A DNA stretch of 30,044 nt from an uncultured archaeon (lineage in GTDB: Archaea; Iainarchaeota; Iainarchaeia; Iainarchaeales; GCA-2688035), in NCBI GenBank assembly GCA_964354805.1, contig CAYHBD010000007.1:1-30044 (forward strand), in the 5' to 3' direction. Below the pieces are notes generated by a model that made no database searches, was not told the origin of the DNA, and saw nothing but the letters and a program-made list of their open reading frames with translations. Shown here piece after piece: positions 28,022-30,044 of this stretch (positions are counted from its first letter, which is position 1; each line of letters opens with the position of its first letter). The position numbers and the translations under genes are program-made.

Positions 28022-28601
28022 TGCCCTCACCGCACATTTTTATCAGGTTCTCGATTATTTTTCCGCCGCATGCTGTCAGAATGCTTTCAGGGTGGAATTG
28101 CACTCCTTCAATGAAGTATTTTTTGTGCCTTACTGCCATTACCTTTTCATCCTTGCTGTGGGCAGTCACCTGCAAGCAAGAGGGAATTCTTTTTCCTGCA
28201 AGCGAATGATACCTGCCTGCCTGGAAGGGGTTCTCCAATCCTGTGAATATTGTTTTTCCGTCGTGCATTATTTTGCTGGGCTTTCCGTGGACTGTTTCAT
28301 TCGCTTTTCCAACCACTCCCCCAAACGCCTCAATAATGCACTGGTGCCCAAGGCAAACCCCGAAAACAGGCAGAACGCCCTTGTATTCTTTGATTAATTC
28401 AATGCAAACCCCGGCTTCCTTTGGAGAGCCAGGGCCAGGGCTTATTACAATCAGCCTTGGCAGGAATTCTTTCACTACCGAATGGATTTTCTGCATTGGC
28501 GCATTGTTTCTGTAAACAAGCACTTTGCAATTGCGCTTTGCAAACTCGTCAACCAGATTGAAAGTAAAACTGTCAAAGTTGTCAATGAAGAGAACATTCA
28601 T
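28014..28601 (-). CDS. trpG: Anthranilate synthase component II
   Basis: IDNFDSFTFNL, ISPGPG, GVCLGHQ, RYHSL, QFHPES. Confidence 0.96.
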   Translation of the reverse strand: MNVLFIDNFDSFTFNLVDEFAKRNCKVLVYRNNAPMQKIHSVVKEFLPRLIVISPGPGSPKEAGVCIELIKEYKGVLPVFGVCLGHQCIIEAFGGVVGKANETVHGKPSKIMHDGKTIFTGLENPFQAGRYHSLAGKRIPSCLQVTAHSKDEKVMAVRHKKYFIEGVQFHPESILTACGGKIIENLIKMCGEGNE

Positions 28602-28651
28602 TTTCTCACCAAAGCAATATTTTTAAATATAGGAACATCAACAATATTTGT

Positions 28652-28729
28652 ATGGTTAGGAAAAAGGTTAAGGAAATGATCAAAGCCTTCGTAAAGGAAG
28701 ACAGAAAGCTTTTGAAAGCTTTGAGCTAA
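28652..28729 (+). CDS. 25-aa peptide, putative antitoxin to the convergent Fic/Doc gene
   Basis: ATG GTT AGG...AGC TAA gives MVRKKVKEMIKAFVKEDRKLLKALS; TTTTAAATA box at 28621-28629; stop overlaps the Fic/Doc stop. Confidence 0.55.
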   Translation: MVRKKVKEMIKAFVKEDRKLLKALS

Positions 28730-29133
28730 TTTTTTTCTGCATGTTTTCTTAGCCATTTGAATATGCTCCTTATAGTGTGCTTGTATTGGGAAACCTCAAA
28801 AATGAATTCTTTGCTCTCGGCAAAAGGCAAAATCAACTTGAATCCGTTTAGCGTGAAGAAAATCTTTGTTGCCTCAATTGCAGTCCTCTTGTTGCCGTCA
28901 GCAAAAGGGTGCGAAAGATGGTTAATAAAGTAAATTATGTAAGCCCCCTTGTATAAAATTGATTCGTGTTTATTTGGAAAATTGAAATCATTCCTTATTT
29001 TAAAAACCAGGAAATCAACGTCCGCTTCCTTTACAGGGCCTCTTTTGCCCCCGGTTTCCTCCACTATGGCACGGTTTAATTCAATAAACTCGTCAAAAGT
29101 CAAATAATTGATTTTTTGCCCCCCCATTTTCAC
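28726..29133 (-). CDS. Fic/Doc family toxin (Doc type)
   Basis: HPFADGNKRTA motif with the Doc-type Lys; about 135 aa; GTGA overlap with the trpE stop (ATG 29127 is an alternative start). Confidence 0.92.
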   Translation of the reverse strand: MKMGGQKINYLTFDEFIELNRAIVEETGGKRGPVKEADVDFLVFKIRNDFNFPNKHESILYKGAYIIYFINHLSHPFADGNKRTAIEATKIFFTLNGFKLILPFAESKEFIFEVSQYKHTIRSIFKWLRKHAEKN

Positions 29134-30044
29134 TCACTCTCCGCCAGCTCAATCGCCCTCAGGCAGGCTTTTGCCTTGTTGCCTGTTTCCTCAAACTCTT
29201 TTTCCGGAATGGAATCAAAAACAATTCCGGCGCCTGCCCTCACAAACGCTTTCCCCTTTTTCATTCTGATTGACCTTATCACAATAGCCGAATCAAAATC
29301 CCCGCTTGGAGTCAGGTAACCAATGCTGCCTCCGTAATAGCCTCTCTTTGTTTTCTCCAATCTCCTCAGCAATTCCATTGCCTTCACTTTTGGGGCTCCT
29401 GTTAATGTCCCCATGTTCATGCTTGCAAGGTATGCGTGCAGTGCATCCAATTCCGGCTTTAGAGTGCCGCTTACATTGCTCACAAGGTGCATTATGTGGC
29501 TGTATTTTTCAACAAAGTGTGGCCTGTCAACAAATCGGCTTCCCGGAACGGAAACCCTTGCAACATCGTTTCTTGCCAAATCAACAAGCATTGTGTGCTC
29601 TGCCAGTTCCTTTTCATCAGTTTTCAGCTCGTTCTCATACCTGCTGTCCAGTTCAGGGTCAATTTTCCCGTTCACCAGGCCCCTAGGCTTTGTTCCCGCA
29701 ATCGGCCTTATTTCAATCTTTTTCTCTGCATTGCTTCCCTCCACTTTGAGGAATGTTTCAGGGCTGCTTCCCAACAAAACGCCTGTTTCTGTTTTCATAT
29801 AAAACATATACGGAGATGGATTCAATTCTCGCAATTGCTTGTATATAGCGAATGGCTCTGCTTTTGTTTCAACAATCGTTGTCCTGCTTGGCACAATCTG
29901 GAAAACATCCCCAGCAACAATGCGCTGCCTGCATTTTTTTACTATGGAAATGAATTCCTTTTCGGTTGTGTCAGTGGAAATTTTCAATTTAATTTTTTTT
30001 TCTTTCACAATTTTTTCTCTTTTTTTGTTCTCATTTAATTTAAT
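29130..30044 (-). CDS. trpE: Anthranilate synthase component I (5'-truncated by the window edge)
   Basis: NPSPYMF, SSPE, PIAGTKPRG, AEHTMLVDLARND, GTLTGAPKVKAM; the frame stays open to position 30044. Confidence 0.97.
   Translation of the reverse strand: MKLNENKKREKIVKEKKIKLKISTDTTEKEFISIVKKCRQRIVAGDVFQIVPSRTTIVETKAEPFAIYKQLRELNPSPYMFYMKTETGVLLGSSPETFLKVEGSNAEKKIEIRPIAGTKPRGLVNGKIDPELDSRYENELKTDEKELAEHTMLVDLARNDVARVSVPGSRFVDRPHFVEKYSHIMHLVSNVSGTLKPELDALHAYLASMNMGTLTGAPKVKAMELLRRLEKTKRGYYGGSIGYLTPSGDFDSAIVIRSIRMKKGKAFVRAGAGIVFDSIPEKEFEETGNKAKACLRAIELAESE

Noticed and set aside
26310-29133. IS or transposon boundaries around the toxin cassettes
   Set aside because: No terminal inverted repeats, target-site duplications or transposase were visible by eye.
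29130-30008. Split or N-terminally truncated trpE (292 aa)
   Set aside because: The reading frame is open to the window edge, so the truncation is a window artefact.
17-30038. Long antisense or alternative-frame ORFs (e.g. 17-679, 19503-20222, 24632-25456, 26972-27895)
   Set aside because: Shadows of well-supported genes, with no motifs of their own.

Overview
Archaeal chromosomal segment, most consistent with a DPANN lineage such as Iainarchaeota/Diapherotrites. This placement is inferred from BHB-type tRNA introns, tRNAs without encoded CCA, GGTGA-type ribosome-binding sites, TATA boxes and bacterial-like anabolic genes. It carries leuS, argS, five minus-strand tRNAs (Arg-TCT, Leu-GAG and Ser-GGA with introns; Ser-TGA; Ala-CGC), a flavodoxin, an HDAC-family enzyme, transporters, folC, a GMP synthase subunit B gene, mtnA and a trpE(partial)-G-D-C-F-B-A operon. 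Three things stand out. (1) The trp operon is interrupted twice by the same architecture: a toxin gene (Fic/Doc, then PIN) overlapping the upstream trp stop codon, faced by an unannotated 25-43 aa antisense ORF with its own TATA box. (2) A family of REP/MITE-like hairpin repeats begins exactly at tRNA 5' splice sites, building a 161-nt three-unit tRNA-Ser intron, and related hairpins abut tRNA 3' ends and a stop codon. (3) A G-U-rich structured leader precedes folC and a putative ECF S-component gene.
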